Assembly (NCBI GenBank): GCA_013265495.1
Contig: MU058054.1
Coordinates: forward strand, 868,001 to 912,915
Direction of reading: 5' to 3'
Length of the DNA: 44,915 nt
DNA from: Vicugna vicugna
Lineage: Eukaryota
The position numbers were made by a program, and so were the translations under genes. Shown here piece after piece: positions 22,686 through 34,800 of the stretch (position 1 is its first letter; each line of letters begins with the position of its first letter). The notes beneath the pieces were generated by a model that was not told where the DNA came from, ran no database searches, and saw only the letters and a program-made list of their open reading frames with translations.

Positions 22686-24289
22686 AGAAACAGCTGTACC
22701 TTCTCTAAGTAAGCCCACCCACGACCCTGACCCTGCGCACACCACCTCTTCTCTTCGTCCCTCCAGCCTACAGGCAGCAGTGGCCTGCTGCCACTAAGCT
22801 CTCGGTCACCACGCCTTCCCATTTTTGGCTTCTCAGCTTCTTCTCTCACCTGCGTAACCAAGGCCCCACATTAAATTCCCTTTGTGGCCAATACTTGATG
22901 GCGTCCCTGCTTTCCCGGTTACGCTGACTAATATACTCTGACTGTGGCTACACAAAAATGCTCATGCAAGCGAACGGCTGCAGAAGATAATATGGAAAAA
23001 TTAAAAGAGGTAAAAATATGAAGGTTTTCTTCCCAAAACGTGAGGAGTGTCAGTTACTTACTATTAACTGCTAATAGATAAAACTGGTACCAAACACCCG
23101 ATTTAAGAGAAAACAAGGTTGAGTCTTTATAAGGAAGGGAACCATGAGTCCACGACAACGAATCTAAGGAAGCCAATCCCTGCACTTTCATTTCTAAAAA
23201 CACCTTATTTTGGGGAAACCAGGGCCACAGCCACAACGATACGAGCAGTTCCCCCCTGAAAGTAGCGGTGGTTACCTGGGGGTGAGTGACTCACTTGCTA
23301 AAGAGGTCACACAACGTATCACCACAACGCTGGCCTCCACAGCGAGGCAGGTCACGCTGGGCGACACCCAAACCACCTTCAGCCCTCATTCAGTGGAGGT
23401 AGCTCCCATCTCAGGTGGAAACTCTGGCCGAGAACCCATTCAGAGGAGACAAGGGCCAGAGGCGGCTTGGGGAGCAGGAATAATGAAAGAGGATGTGGAA
23501 AGCCAGAGCGGATTCTGTTCAACCACGTCTACGAAGCATCATGGCAGCAACGTGTGTGCGCCTGGAGTGCTGGGGGGAGGGGGGGTCTTATTTTCTCGCC
23601 ATTTTTAGGGTTTCTCTCTCCCAAGAGGCCCAATTAAAATCAAAAGAAAGACTCCACAAAACCAGCTGGTAACAACAGAAGAAATCACACTGGATTCCCG
23701 CACTGAACTCCAGGCTGAACACCGCAGCCGATAATCAAACACTCAAGTGGAGAAGGAGGTTCTTGGCCTCGGACCAAACACAGTTTGGTGGTCTGTTTAT
23801 AATATTTCAGGCTGACAACCCTGCACAAAACGGACTGGGACGCCCACCACTGCGATGGGCTGCTGTGAGGCCCAAGCCAAGGAGGGTTTAAAGCCCAAGG
23901 GGAAAATGGGGGTGGGGGCTGCAGCAGCGAGCAGCAGCGAGGGCTTACAAGAAATGCACGTCGCCCCCCCAAAGCCCTGGGGTGGACCATCTCAGCATCT
24001 GAACCATGCTCACCGTCCAACATACTTGGAAAACTACGAGTCAGCTTACAGTGGTTCACGGCAGGCCAGCATCAGAAAGTCCCAAGCACCCTGCCCGGTT
24101 CTCCCCCAGCCCATCCTGCTCTCCCCAAGAAGCTGACCGGAGAGGCCTCACACTTCCATCCCTGGGGGCTGGCTGACTTGACTTCATCAGACAACTAACT
24201 ACTCAGAGGTATGGCTATCGGCCGGGCTATGAACCAGCAAGAAAAGCTACCCAGGTTCCTGCAAAGCACAAACAAGTAAAACACCCAGG

Positions 24290-24432
24290 CATGGGATCCA
24301 GAGACCTGGCCCCAACTCCACTCTCCCCATTCGTTTACCACGATCCTGGGCAAGTCACTGTTCCTTCCACAGCCTCAGTCTCCATCTCTGGAAGGGGCTG
24401 GACTAGATAACCTCTCAAGTCCCTTCTGACCA
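24290..24432 (+). mobile_element. MIR/MIR3 fragment
   Basis: 'ctgggcaagtcactgttccttccacagcctcagtctccatct...ggggctggactagataacctctcaagtcccttctgac'. Confidence 0.75.
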
Positions 24433-24509
24433 GGGGAATGACTATCTACGACCCACACCGTGGCAGGGACCCCACGTTTCCACAGGACATAGTGAGTAGC
24501 CCCAGGGTG

Positions 24510-24620
24510 ACATTCAAAGTGTTGAAGTGACTGTCCCAAGAGACCACGGCTACTGAGGAGCAGAGTTGGGATTTTCAACAAATCGGTCAGACTCCAGACT
24601 CCCGGTCTTCCTACTACACA
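24510..24620 (-). mobile_element. MIR fragment
   Basis: 'tgaagtgactgtcccaagagaccacggctactgaggagcagagttgggatttt...gtcagactccagactccc'. Confidence 0.65.
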
Positions 24621-25004
24621 AGATGTGCCCTGATTTGAAGGGCTGCCTTCCTGCACGTGCCCTGCAAAGTCGGCCTCTCAGTTGTGCGGAATACAAAGCC
24701 CCACCCTGAGCAGGGTGAACCCCGACTCCAGTCACTCCTGAGCAGCCTGTCCCCACTCCCTCGGGCAGCCTGCACTCGGCCTGGGTGTGCCCTCTTCCTT
24801 GCCTACCATCCAGACTTCCACGCGGGGTGGGGCATGCAGTCAGGCCCTCTGGGGGGGAGTCAGGTCAGGAACCTCGACCCTGTGTGGCTTCACAGGCAAG
24901 AACAGCAAAATCCAATGCCTCCAACTGCTGGTGTCACCACCGAGGACACTACTGGACTCTCGCTTCCCCATCCACGGCTTCCAGCTGGTGCTGCCCCCTT
25001 CCTA

Positions 25005-25172
25005 CTGGGCGGCTGACTAGCTGGGGGCCCTGGGCCGAGTCACTCACATCTCCAGGCCTCCCCGCTTTGCTCGTCTGGGCCAGCATCTACTTCCAGGGAT
25101 CGTTACAAAGATGAAATAAAATCACGTATGTGACGGTGCTTTGTATGCTGTAAGATACAGTCCATAAAATGT
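25005..25172 (+). mobile_element. MIR fragment
   Basis: 'gactagctgggggccctgggccgagtcactcacatctc...agggatcgttacaaagatgaaataaaatcacgtatgtgacggtgctttgt'. Confidence 0.65.
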
Positions 25173-26873
25173 CACGGTGGTGGTGTCCCCCCTTCCCAGG
25201 GACAGCGGTTGGAAAAGAACCCCTTATGGTTGGAGTGATATCCTGAAAACCCTCTTGAGCACACACGCCATGTGCATTTATTTTGGCGGCCACAACGAAC
25301 GTCCCTGTCAAAGGACCAGAGAAGGGCTTCAGTCCCCGCTCCTCCACTAACACAGAGACTGTCCCTGGTCACCTCCCAAACAGAGGTAAGGCCACTTCCC
25401 GCCTCCACCCACTGCTGTGAAGGCAGGACAGTGGGAAGTTGCTCCGCAAACTATCGAAGTGTGCTCCATGCCCTGTGACCCCAGGGGAGGGGGGAGATGC
25501 AAGTCACAGGTAGAGGGACCCTTGGCTTCTTTTCCTGCTGTTGAGAATCATCAAGAGGCTCACAGGGAAAGGAAAGTGGGGAAAAGGCCAGCGAGAAAGC
25601 TGCCAAGCAGCAACGGTGGCTGGGCGGGGAGAGCTGAGCAGGAAGAGGGCAGCAGGCAGGTTTCCAGCGACTCTCTCATCCCTCTGGGGTCTGGCAGCCT
25701 AGTGTCTTCAGAACTCAAAAGAAAAAAAAAAGGCAGCCATCTCCCCCTCCTCCCCATCACCGGCCAAAAAAAAGCCCACCTTGCAAGAGAAAGCTGCTGG
25801 GTGAGTACACATGCAGGATGGTTTGCTCTGTGTCACATGCTCCACTGGGGTCTCCTGGGAACTCTGCGGGGCAGGGTGATGAGGGTCCCTGGGGAAGGGC
25901 CCTCCCTTCTCGGTTCACTGGGCTCTCTCGGGCCAGAGAAGGGGCACCTGGGCAGAGGTATGAGCAGCCCAGCCCACACTATGTGCTCCCGGACCCCAGG
26001 TGTGAACCGCTGTGGGGACCTGCTTCCCTCCACCCCACCCCCAGCAGCTGCTCCCTCAGATCGGGGTGGGGGGGGGTTGGCCCCGGAGGGGGTGGATTCT
26101 GAGACAGCCCTGCTGGCTGCTCTGAACTAGAAGGTGTAAGAAAGCAGCAGAACACTGCCTGTGCTTCCTTCGCGCCGGCCCCCACCGCGCAGCCTGGGCA
26201 GCGTTGCACCAAGCCACAGTCTCGGAGAACTCGTTCCAGGTTCGGGGCGCCAGGCAGGTCTGATTTCCAGAGCAAAGCATCGACACAGGCCAGTGGGGAA
26301 ACAGGAAAGCAAACCCCGGACCAGAATTCTACACAGGTGATTCCTGCCAAGGTAAAGGCGATAATCGGGGAGAGACGACTCAATGCATAGCCCCTCCCAC
26401 CTCCAGCCCCAGGTCTCCGCTTTTCTTCTCCTAGAAGGGTTCCAGCAATCACCGCTGAGCATCCATCCATCAGCTGGGCCAGAGGAACTCTTAAGAACTC
26501 TGATGGAAACCACATTTTCTGAAGGGCCTGGCTCGCCTCCCCCCTCCCCCACCATTTCAGGCCGAGCTGGCATCACAACAAAAACAATTTCAAAGCACAG
26601 AGACCATAAACACCAAATTAAAAGGTAAAGTAAAAAGGGAGGAGATGTTTACTGGAAACTTGAGTTCTACTGCCCAGAAAATATAGGTCTTTTTTTAAAC
26701 ACACACATATATATAAGGCCAGTGCCGCCCACCTTAAGAAAAACGTACTTTGCTCCGTGTACAGCTTTCTTATCTGCCCCTGACTATGCTCGGCTCGTGA
26801 CCGTGAAGCCAGGAATAATTACCCACAGAGAAATAATAGCCTTGGCCACCGTCAGGGCCTACCAGAGCCAGTC

Positions 26874-26966
26874 CTGCATTTGCTGATGATCACGCAACTT
26901 GCTCGCAGGACAATCGTGAGTTTTCTGATGCGCAGATAATCATTCCCATCCCAACCTGAGATGCAG
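26874..26966 (+). ncRNA. Candidate box C/D snoRNA-like element (unverified)
   Basis: 5' stem ctgcatt (26874-26880), box C-like cTGATGA (26883-26889), internal CTGA (26925-26928), box D CTGA (26956-26959), 3' stem gatgcag (26960-26966). Confidence 0.25.
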
Positions 26967-28417
26967 TCACCGCTGAGAGGCAGCAGGGTGGTTACCGGAA
27001 CCAAGCACAATCACCTTACATGGTATTTCTGGGAAATTCAGGTGGGCGGATGGTAATCATCAAGGCAGGAGGCTGGCCAAGACGACCCCTCCTCTGCAGG
27101 GGAAGGAAAGAGCAGAGGAAAATTGCCTCCCAAAAGCAGAGAACATCAAGTTATTCCTGCTAGCAGTGGGGTGCCCCTCGGGGCTGCTCCCCAGAGATAG
27201 CCAACGTCGCATTAGAAGCGGGGAGACAGGCCCAGTTCCACGGTGGGGCCTCGCATCTCCTTTCACTAGCTCAGGCCACGTCCCTTGGTGCATCCATCCC
27301 ATCCCCCTACCCATCACCCCACCTTCTGAACCCTGGGTACTTGCCCTGTGACCGCAGCACAGAAGGCCTCCACTCCTGTCCTGCACTTGTGCATTCAAAC
27401 CCCCAGGAAGAATGGAAGCTCTCTGAGGGCAGGAGCCAAATTTGCCATTTCTCTGAGTGCCTTGCTTCCTAACTACTGACTGACGGATGCCTCATTTATC
27501 CGAAAACCAGCAGCCTCCATCTGGCCTAAGTGTCTACACCTGCATCTCCAGCCTTAGCGTTTTAAGAGCCCCTCGGCCCAGGCCCCTCCCACCTGTGAAG
27601 CTCTTCGGGCTTGAGGAGTATTGACAAGACCTGTTCCCTCCTGAAGCTCACTTCATACCCATTAAATTCGCCTTTGTGGTCCTACCACCACCACAGCATG
27701 CCCTTCCCTCTACCTGAAAAGACACTAGAGTTTAGCTGCCCTTTCCCAGCCATGTTCCATCTGGACAGCTGTGCCCCCTGACTTCCTAGGCTGTGCGGAT
27801 GGCGTCCATGCGGGAAACCACGAACAACTGGGCACACGCGGGAGGCTGGGGATGCTACAGCTGATGAAGTAGCGAGATGCTCTCCATCGAAGGCAGGAAC
27901 ACTTTCACCGAAGCCCAGGGAACAGCGTAGCTGACGCACTTCCACAGCCCCTGAAATCCACCAGGAGGCTGCCGAGGATCCGACGCTGAGGGACGCCAGC
28001 GCCGGCTGAGGCCTCTGACTGAGCTTCATGAAAAAAAGTGTGGGTGTGGGTAATGGTCTGTTTCACCCAGTCCTGCCCCACCCCTGCCCTCGCTCCACCA
28101 CACCCCTCCCCCGACTCAGCACTCTGAGTTTCCCAAGCAGCAATAACCAGCTACAGATGGTTCCACTACTTCAGAGACGCTGGGAAACCACTGACCCAGA
28201 GATATGGGAAAACTGGGGCTCCAAGCCTCCGGGCAGCAACTCACCATCAGCAGTTGTGATTACCAAACCAACAGGCTTCTAAAATCTAGAAGTTTTTTCT
28301 CTCTGTGTACATGTGCTTTTCATCCACTTTTTTTTTTTTTTAAACCAACCCCTATCACTTTTCCCCAGAACAGATGCCCGGAACACTGAACCACACAGTT
28401 TTACCTCAGATCTCAGG

Positions 28418-28686
28418 CTGCTGATTCTCATTCCTGGCTCCATATCACAATCACCCGGACAGCTTTAAAAATACTGATGCTCAGGCCCCACCTGCAGAAA
28501 TTCTCAATTGCTCTCAGGCGGGGTCTGGGTACCCCGAATTTTTATAAGTAGCCAAGGCTATCACAATCACCCGGACAGCTTTAAAAATACTGATGCTCAG
28601 GCCCCACCTGCAGAAATTCTCAATTGCTCTCAGGCGGGGTCTGGGTACCCCGAATTTTTATAAGTAGCCAAGGCTAAGAACCTTCT
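28418..28686. mobile_element. MER5B-like DNA transposon containing an internal tandem duplication
   Basis: 'ttctcattcctggctccatatcacaatcacccggacagctttaaaaatactgatgctcaggccccacc' and 'tagccaaggctaagaacc' follow the near-palindromic MER5B consensus. Confidence 0.75.
28445..28676. repeat. Perfect tandem duplication, 2 x 116 bp
   Basis: 28445-28560 is identical to 28561-28676 by direct comparison. Confidence 0.97.
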
Positions 28687-28884
28687 ACAGTAAGATGGAC
28701 AAGCAAATGTGAATCATTAGGAAGCAGGCGTCCCAGCTGTCACAGCTTAGCCCGCACCTCTAACCTCTTTCCATCCCGCTTCAAGCGCGGGCCCCAGTCT
28801 CCAGCCCCTGGAGTGATTGTACAGTGATCCTGAAACTCTCCGAATGAGTAACAGAGTCATTTCTTTGAATGCAAGCTCAAGAAT

Positions 28885-29065
28885 GAGAACGTTTAAGGTG
28901 GAGAAACGTTAAAAATCCTGCTAAGCCGACACCTCTCGGTTGTCAAGGAGGAAACCAGGGGCCGGGGGAGCAAAGTGACTCACCCAAGGTCACGAAGCTG
29001 GTTCCCAATAAGATGGGCCTGGACCCCAGGTCTTCCGCTCTGGTTCTCCCTCCAAGCACCACACA
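28885..29065 (-). mobile_element. MIR/MIR3 fragment
   Basis: 'gaggaaaccaggggccgggggagcaaagtgactcacccaaggtcacgaagctggtt...gggcctggaccccaggtctt'. Confidence 0.75.
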
Positions 29066-31844
29066 GGAGCCCCTGGGACCCCCACCCCCCAACAAAAGCA
29101 AGGTCCTAGGAACAGCTGTGGTTTATTTCTCATGTGCTTTCAGCAGCCAGCCTCTCACGGCTTTATCTCCTTCGCCAGCCTTAAAACAGCTAAGGGCAAA
29201 GATGGTTCTTCTCTTTAAAGAGGCCTGAGCATGCTGGTCAAATCAGAATCCTCAAAGAATATATACTTACTGGCTGGCGGAGACTCATGCAAAAAGCCAT
29301 TAGCAGAAAGAGGCTACCCAGGTTTTGAAAGGGCACTCTGTGGAGCTGCGGGGCTGAGAGACCCAAAGCCCGCAGCGTATTCTGGTTTCTTGTGGATAAG
29401 AGAGAGCAGATTGTTGGTTTCAAAATCTCTAACCAACCTGTGAACACGGTTCCCTTCCTTCCCGTGTATTTTTACAGCACCACGGCTGGAACGCAGCTGG
29501 TGCCTAAAAGCACTTAGGAAGCCTCTGCCTGGGGCTAAATGAGAATTCCTCTTTGCCTGCAGACTGATTCCCCCCAGCCTGGGAACGGGGACTAGATTCT
29601 CATCAGGTGAGCCTCATGTCAACACAAGCCTGGCAGCTCCAGGCAGCAGGGTATTTATGACTGTTTAAATCAGCAGGGCATTGACAGCTCCTGGACCAGG
29701 GTGTCTGGCAGCGGTACCACCACCATCACCAACTAAAGATGCTCAGTAAGTATCTGGTGAGTTAAACCATGACTGCAGCAGAGTTAAAGAAGGTGATCAA
29801 TGAACGGGCCAGGTCTGAAGGTAGATAGAGCATCAGATGAAAAATTAGATTTGCCCCCCAGGAAAATATGTGCTTCAAGAAACGAATGAAAAGCAAGAAG
29901 TCAGGGAAGAGAGGGCAGAGGGGTGTTGTGAAGTATCAGAGCTGGTCCAGACCTCAGAGGATCTCTCTTGGAGCTTGAGTAACTGAGCAAACACTGATAC
30001 CCAGAGAAGCCAAGCTGACTTTCCTGAAGTCAGAAAGCCAAGCTCCACCAGACAGAGGCCGAGGGGCCTCAGCCTCACGAGAGAAACAGGACACCAAGGT
30101 CGCAGTCCCTTCACATGCACTCCTGTGTCTGTTCACTCACTGGTTCAACACTTCATTGAACCTGAGGGCTCCCATAATGATGAAGATAAAGACCAGTGTA
30201 GGTTATGGAAGGAGAACAGAAGGAAACGGCCAAAGTTCAATTCCAAGTATTGCTGGGGTGCTCGGATATGGACGCCCAGAGGGCAGCAGAAGCTGAGGGT
30301 CCCCAGCTGTGCAGGACCACGGAGCTGGGAGCCAACCCCACACTGAGACCCAGGGAGAGGAGAAACACTTGGAAATGCAATTTTGATTCAGCCCAGCTGG
30401 GTGGAAAGAGGTCCAGCGTGTGGTTCGATTTTTCTCGTCACTGAAGTTAAGGCCGATAGGCAAAAAATAAAAGCAAAACACACAGTGGCCAAAAGGTGAC
30501 ATTCAAAAAGATTCCTGGATCAAAGTCCCTTTGTGAGCACTGTTATTTCACCCTCCTCCGAACGGTAACCACTTCCCACATGAGCCCCAGTAAGGCGACC
30601 GTGCAGCCCACAAAAGAGATAGAAGTGTGACCACACTTCCCTCTTATAAACAGGCGATGGTAAACATCGGAGACCACTGGTCCACAGCCGTGGTTAAACA
30701 AAGGGTCGGGGCCCCCTGGAATGGCTGTCAGGGCCTCCATCTCCCCACATGCTGACTCCGAGTGGGGACCCTGGACCATTAACTTCAGAGCTCGAGCTGG
30801 TCAAACAGAACGCGCCTCACACTGGCACGACTTCGCTGGGTTTCATGCCCAGGCTTCACCTGGCCACTAACTACTCTTGGAAACGCAGGAATTTTCAAGG
30901 GAAGTAGCTGCTCTGGTTCCCGGGCCCATGTTCAAGGATGCTTCTCTGTGGGGGGCCTTGCGAAGAGGGCAGGAGGGCAGCGTGTCACGTGTGTGCTGCG
31001 AAGTGCACACCCCACCCCCACCTCCTGGACCAGCCGTGGTGATAGGTTCTCTTTTTTTTTAACAACAAAAGCCAAAACTGCAACTTTTTCCATCCAGCAA
31101 GAAAAACAGGCAAACCTCAAATGAACCATCTTTAATTAGCTCTGCGATGTTCTGGGGGTCCCGAGTTACCCCAGCTCCTAGATCAATAGGAAAATACACC
31201 ACGAGGCCTTGGGACAGCCTCTGTTTTCTCTGAATTGGAATGAAAAACACATTTGCAGACCTGAAGTCAGTTATTAGCTGACTGTGACAGGAAGACTCCA
31301 GGGTATTCCTGTCGGCAGAATGTTCCACCAGAAAAACGACCAAGAAGTTCTATAAGTCGGCCAGCTCTTTGTTTTTAACCACTGAACATTTATAGAATTC
31401 TTATTTCTTCATCTATATGCTTTCAGAGAAAGTTTCCAGCAGCTTCAAAGCCAGTGAGACGCACAAAGACGCTAAGCATGCAATTATATTTCACAGGGTT
31501 TTGAAGCTAGAATACTGCAAGAACCTTTAGAAAAGTTTCCCCTGGGGGCAGGAGGCTCTTAGCTCTGTACCCTGCCCCCACTCCACACTCGAGGGCAATT
31601 TTTACCTTCATTTTGTCAACAGGAAAACAAGACTGCTAGAGGCGTGGAGACAGAAATCTTGAAACACCCTGGCTTGGGTCAGAAAATATGCCATTCTCAG
31701 GCACAGCATTCAGAGGTTCTGACCGTCTCCTCTGAGTCTGACTTCCATCTCTCTCTCTCCCTGAGGCCCAATCTCCTGTTCCGACACTGCCCGAAGGCAG
31801 GCTGCTACAACCCACACCGTAGATGCTCCGAACATAATTATATA

Positions 31845-31960
31845 CTCATCTCTCCAACTGTACTACAGGCTTCATGAGGGCAAGATCTGGTCTCTGGGTG
31901 GTCTGCCAATCAGTCATAACCTCAGAAATCAGCACGACACCAGGCCAGTGTTCAGGAGCC
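31845..31960 (+). mobile_element. L2 3' fragment
   Basis: 'tctctccaactgtactacaggcttcatgagggcaagatctggtct'. Confidence 0.6.
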
Positions 31961-32074
31961 TACTCAGAGAAGGGGGAAGACAGCAATTAACAAGTATTCA
32001 TTGAAATTTACTAAGTACCTAGCAGTACTAAGTACCATAACCAGCCAAAGAAACAGCCTAAGTCCTTGACTTCA

Positions 32075-32465
32075 AAAGGCTTACCACAATCCATTATTTC
32101 TGCCACTGACTGCGTGTGACGTGACAGTGGCCAGTGAGAGACCAGGAGGCTTCTGGGAAAGGTTCCCTTCCTGGAGAAAGAGACCCTCCCCCAGAGAGAA
32201 GCAGCCTTTCTGCCTTGGATGCAACCACGTAAAGAGGACACTGCCTGGAGCCGCTGTGGCCATCACCGGTCATGACAGCTGGACCCCGAAGACAGAAGCC
32301 ATCAGGCTGAAGGTGGCAGAGCAGAAAGATGGCAGGCTCCCAAGTCCTTGCTGGTGCCTGAACCCTCCCTGCCTCTAGACTTGTCAGGGGAGATAATACG
32401 CCCCTACACTGTGGACGCTGTGAGCAGGGTTTCAGGTTACTGGCAGCCCAAAGCATCCGAATACA
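32075..32465 (+). mobile_element. MLT1 (ERVL-MaLR) LTR, MLT1J/K-like
   Basis: 'ggaggcttctgggaaagg', 'tgcctggagccgctgtggccatc', 'ggtggcagagcagaaagatgg' and the terminus 'gttactggcagcccaaagcatccgaataCA'. Confidence 0.85.
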
Positions 32466-34099
32466 GGGAGTCTGGCCCCTGATCCAGATTAGGGATTGGA
32501 TCAGAGAGGGAGGGAGCCCACTGGCTTACTGAGGAATCCAGGCATTAGAAACCGAGGGCCTCTGCTAGGGAGGAGAGGGTGGCAATGGGGAAGAGAGCTG
32601 GAACCCAAGAAACACAGGAGCAGATTCCAGCCTGACCCACAAGATGGCCTAGTCATCTCCATGAAGCCCAGGGCCCCGTTCCCACGCTGCCTATCCTATG
32701 AACTGGAACATAAATAATTAATGCTCCCTGCCCACATTCACCCACACACATGCCTCCTTGCATCTGTGGGGTTTTTTTTCAAAAAAAAAAAAAGGAAATG
32801 CATCTTGTTCTATTTATAAGACATGGCACAGCCACAAAGGATGACGACCAGAGCACCGCAGTATCAGCTGAAGTTCTCCAAGCAAGTGCCAAGTTTGGTT
32901 TGAATTTACACTTCGCTTTTCTCAGCCCATAAGCAGGCCTCTTCGTCACTCCAGCTCCTCTCCTCGGAGCTCATCAGACAGGGCCTCACCCACGGCAGAC
33001 AGTTTGCCTGGAGAGCACAGAAAACTCAGGTCCCTCCCGAGACCCCCGACAGACGATTTGGGGCAGGAGAGGAAGGATGAGGCTTGGACGATCGCAGAGA
33101 CGAATCCTGTGACATGCCCTCTCTCGGGGTTCCACTGGCAGAGGGGGTTACCTGGGGCCACCGGCTCCACGGCGGCCCTGGCACCATCTATGCATTTACC
33201 ACAACCAAGGAGAAAGAAAAGGCATGTTCGCTGGTATTTTTAACACCTTCCAAAATGCTTCGGCAGAAGGTTTATTCGCTAAACTCCCACCAGCTCACAG
33301 CCAGCAGTATTTTGAGGCCTCACCACATATGGAGCAGGAGAGGTCAGCGCACAGACAAGGGCGCTGCTCCTGGCCATTAAATCTCATCTACACTGCACTG
33401 GACCTAGTGGCATCTCCTGGGTTCTGAAGGGAAGTGGCCCAAGGAGGGTGCAGACATCCCCGAGTCAGGTCAATGTCCTTCCACCCCCTCATTGCCACCC
33501 CCACGTGCCCCGGACACACCTCACCCCCACCTCCCACGTCTGCCCCATAACCTTCAGAGTGTCCGTCAGCACGGCCAAATGTCCCCGAAGCCCTACTGCA
33601 CTTAAGTAAGCTCCAGTGCTAACTTGACTAGTTTAGATTATCCTTAAGGTCTTGTCCAGTTTTCAGATATCATGTTGCCAACGTGCCAAATGGTCTTAGG
33701 CAAGTCAGTCCACTCAGAATGGCAGTAAATGACTATCAGTCCCTGACACTTTAGCACTTGGCACGGAAGCCTGCTGAGCGAACCCTCCCAGTTGCCGTGG
33801 TCAGGTACCACGATCAGAGGCCGGCTGACTTGCAGGGACTATTTATCCGGGTCTGCTCAGACAGTCCAGGTCTACACCCATTTCCTGGCCATAAGTGAGA
33901 ACAGCGCTGCCCCTTTTCACTCTTAGAAGAACCCTCATTTTTTTAAATAAGTTTTATAGTCACCCTAGAATAGAAGGGGCAGAATTTCAGAGGCAAATCC
34001 AGCTCCATCTCCTATCATGAGACTTTAAGCAACTTCCCTGGATCTTCTTGTGAGGATGAGAATGGTAGCCCTTTCTCGGGGGGGCCTCGGGGCAGACAA

Positions 34100-34280
34100 C
34101 TGGGGCTCAGGAACCAAGGACCTAAACTCAGATTCCTGTTTTGCCACTGGCCCCTCAAAGCCTCAGGCTCCTCCCCTATAAACATGAGCAACTCATCCTT
34201 CCCAGAATCCTGATGACGGGCAAAGAAAATCAACCAACTGGCCGATGCCCACCCTGGGGCCTGGCGTACAGCCGGCCCCC
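34100..34280 (+). mobile_element. MIR fragment
   Basis: 'gattcctgttttgccact...agcctcaggctcctcccctataaacatgag'. Confidence 0.5.
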
Positions 34281-34594
34281 AGTCCGTGCTGCGTGTACCA
34301 GGATCAGGCCAAGGGGAGGGGGCTCAGGTGATCAGCCGCAGGGCAGCACAGCTGACCCAGAGCCTTGGACAAGGCTGAGAGCATCAGCTCACCGAAGCTT
34401 CTAGAACAGGACCTCCAGCACGCACGCCCTGAGTTCATACTTCTATTGAATTTTGTGCATCGTCTGTGATTTTCTCTGAGGTCTCTGTGAAAATGCGGCT
34501 GTGAACTTGGAAGCCTTACCTCCATCTCCATCAAAAGGGGTTTTTAGCAATACTGAGTTGGGCTTCACAAAGAAATAATGAGTGACATGCGTAA

Positions 34595-34800
34595 TATTTT
34601 ACAGCCTGCAAAGCGCTTTTAATGCACAGCTCATCTAAATAAACAACGTCAGTAATCCTACCGACAGAGGCATCGTTTTCTGCCATTTTACTGCTGAGGA
34701 AAGGGAGGCCCAAAGAGACCAGGTGACTGGTCTGTGGTCACCGGAGCAGTCAGTGGCAGGGCCGGGATTTGAACCCGAGTCTCCTGAATGCAAGCCCCTG
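34595..34800 (-). mobile_element. MIR element
   Basis: 'ccattttactgctgaggaaagggaggcccaaagagaccaggtgactggtctgtggtcacc...agtggcagggccgggatttgaacccgagtctcctga'. Confidence 0.88.

Noticed and set aside
25417..26130. Longest ORF in the window (237 aa, plus strand)
   Set aside because: Non-ATG start, no recognisable homology, includes an A-run and low-complexity GC sequence; consistent with a chance ORF in GC-rich DNA
33440..33600. Weak MER20-like similarity ('cagcacggccaaatgtcccc')
   Set aside because: Only one short motif matches, too little to call
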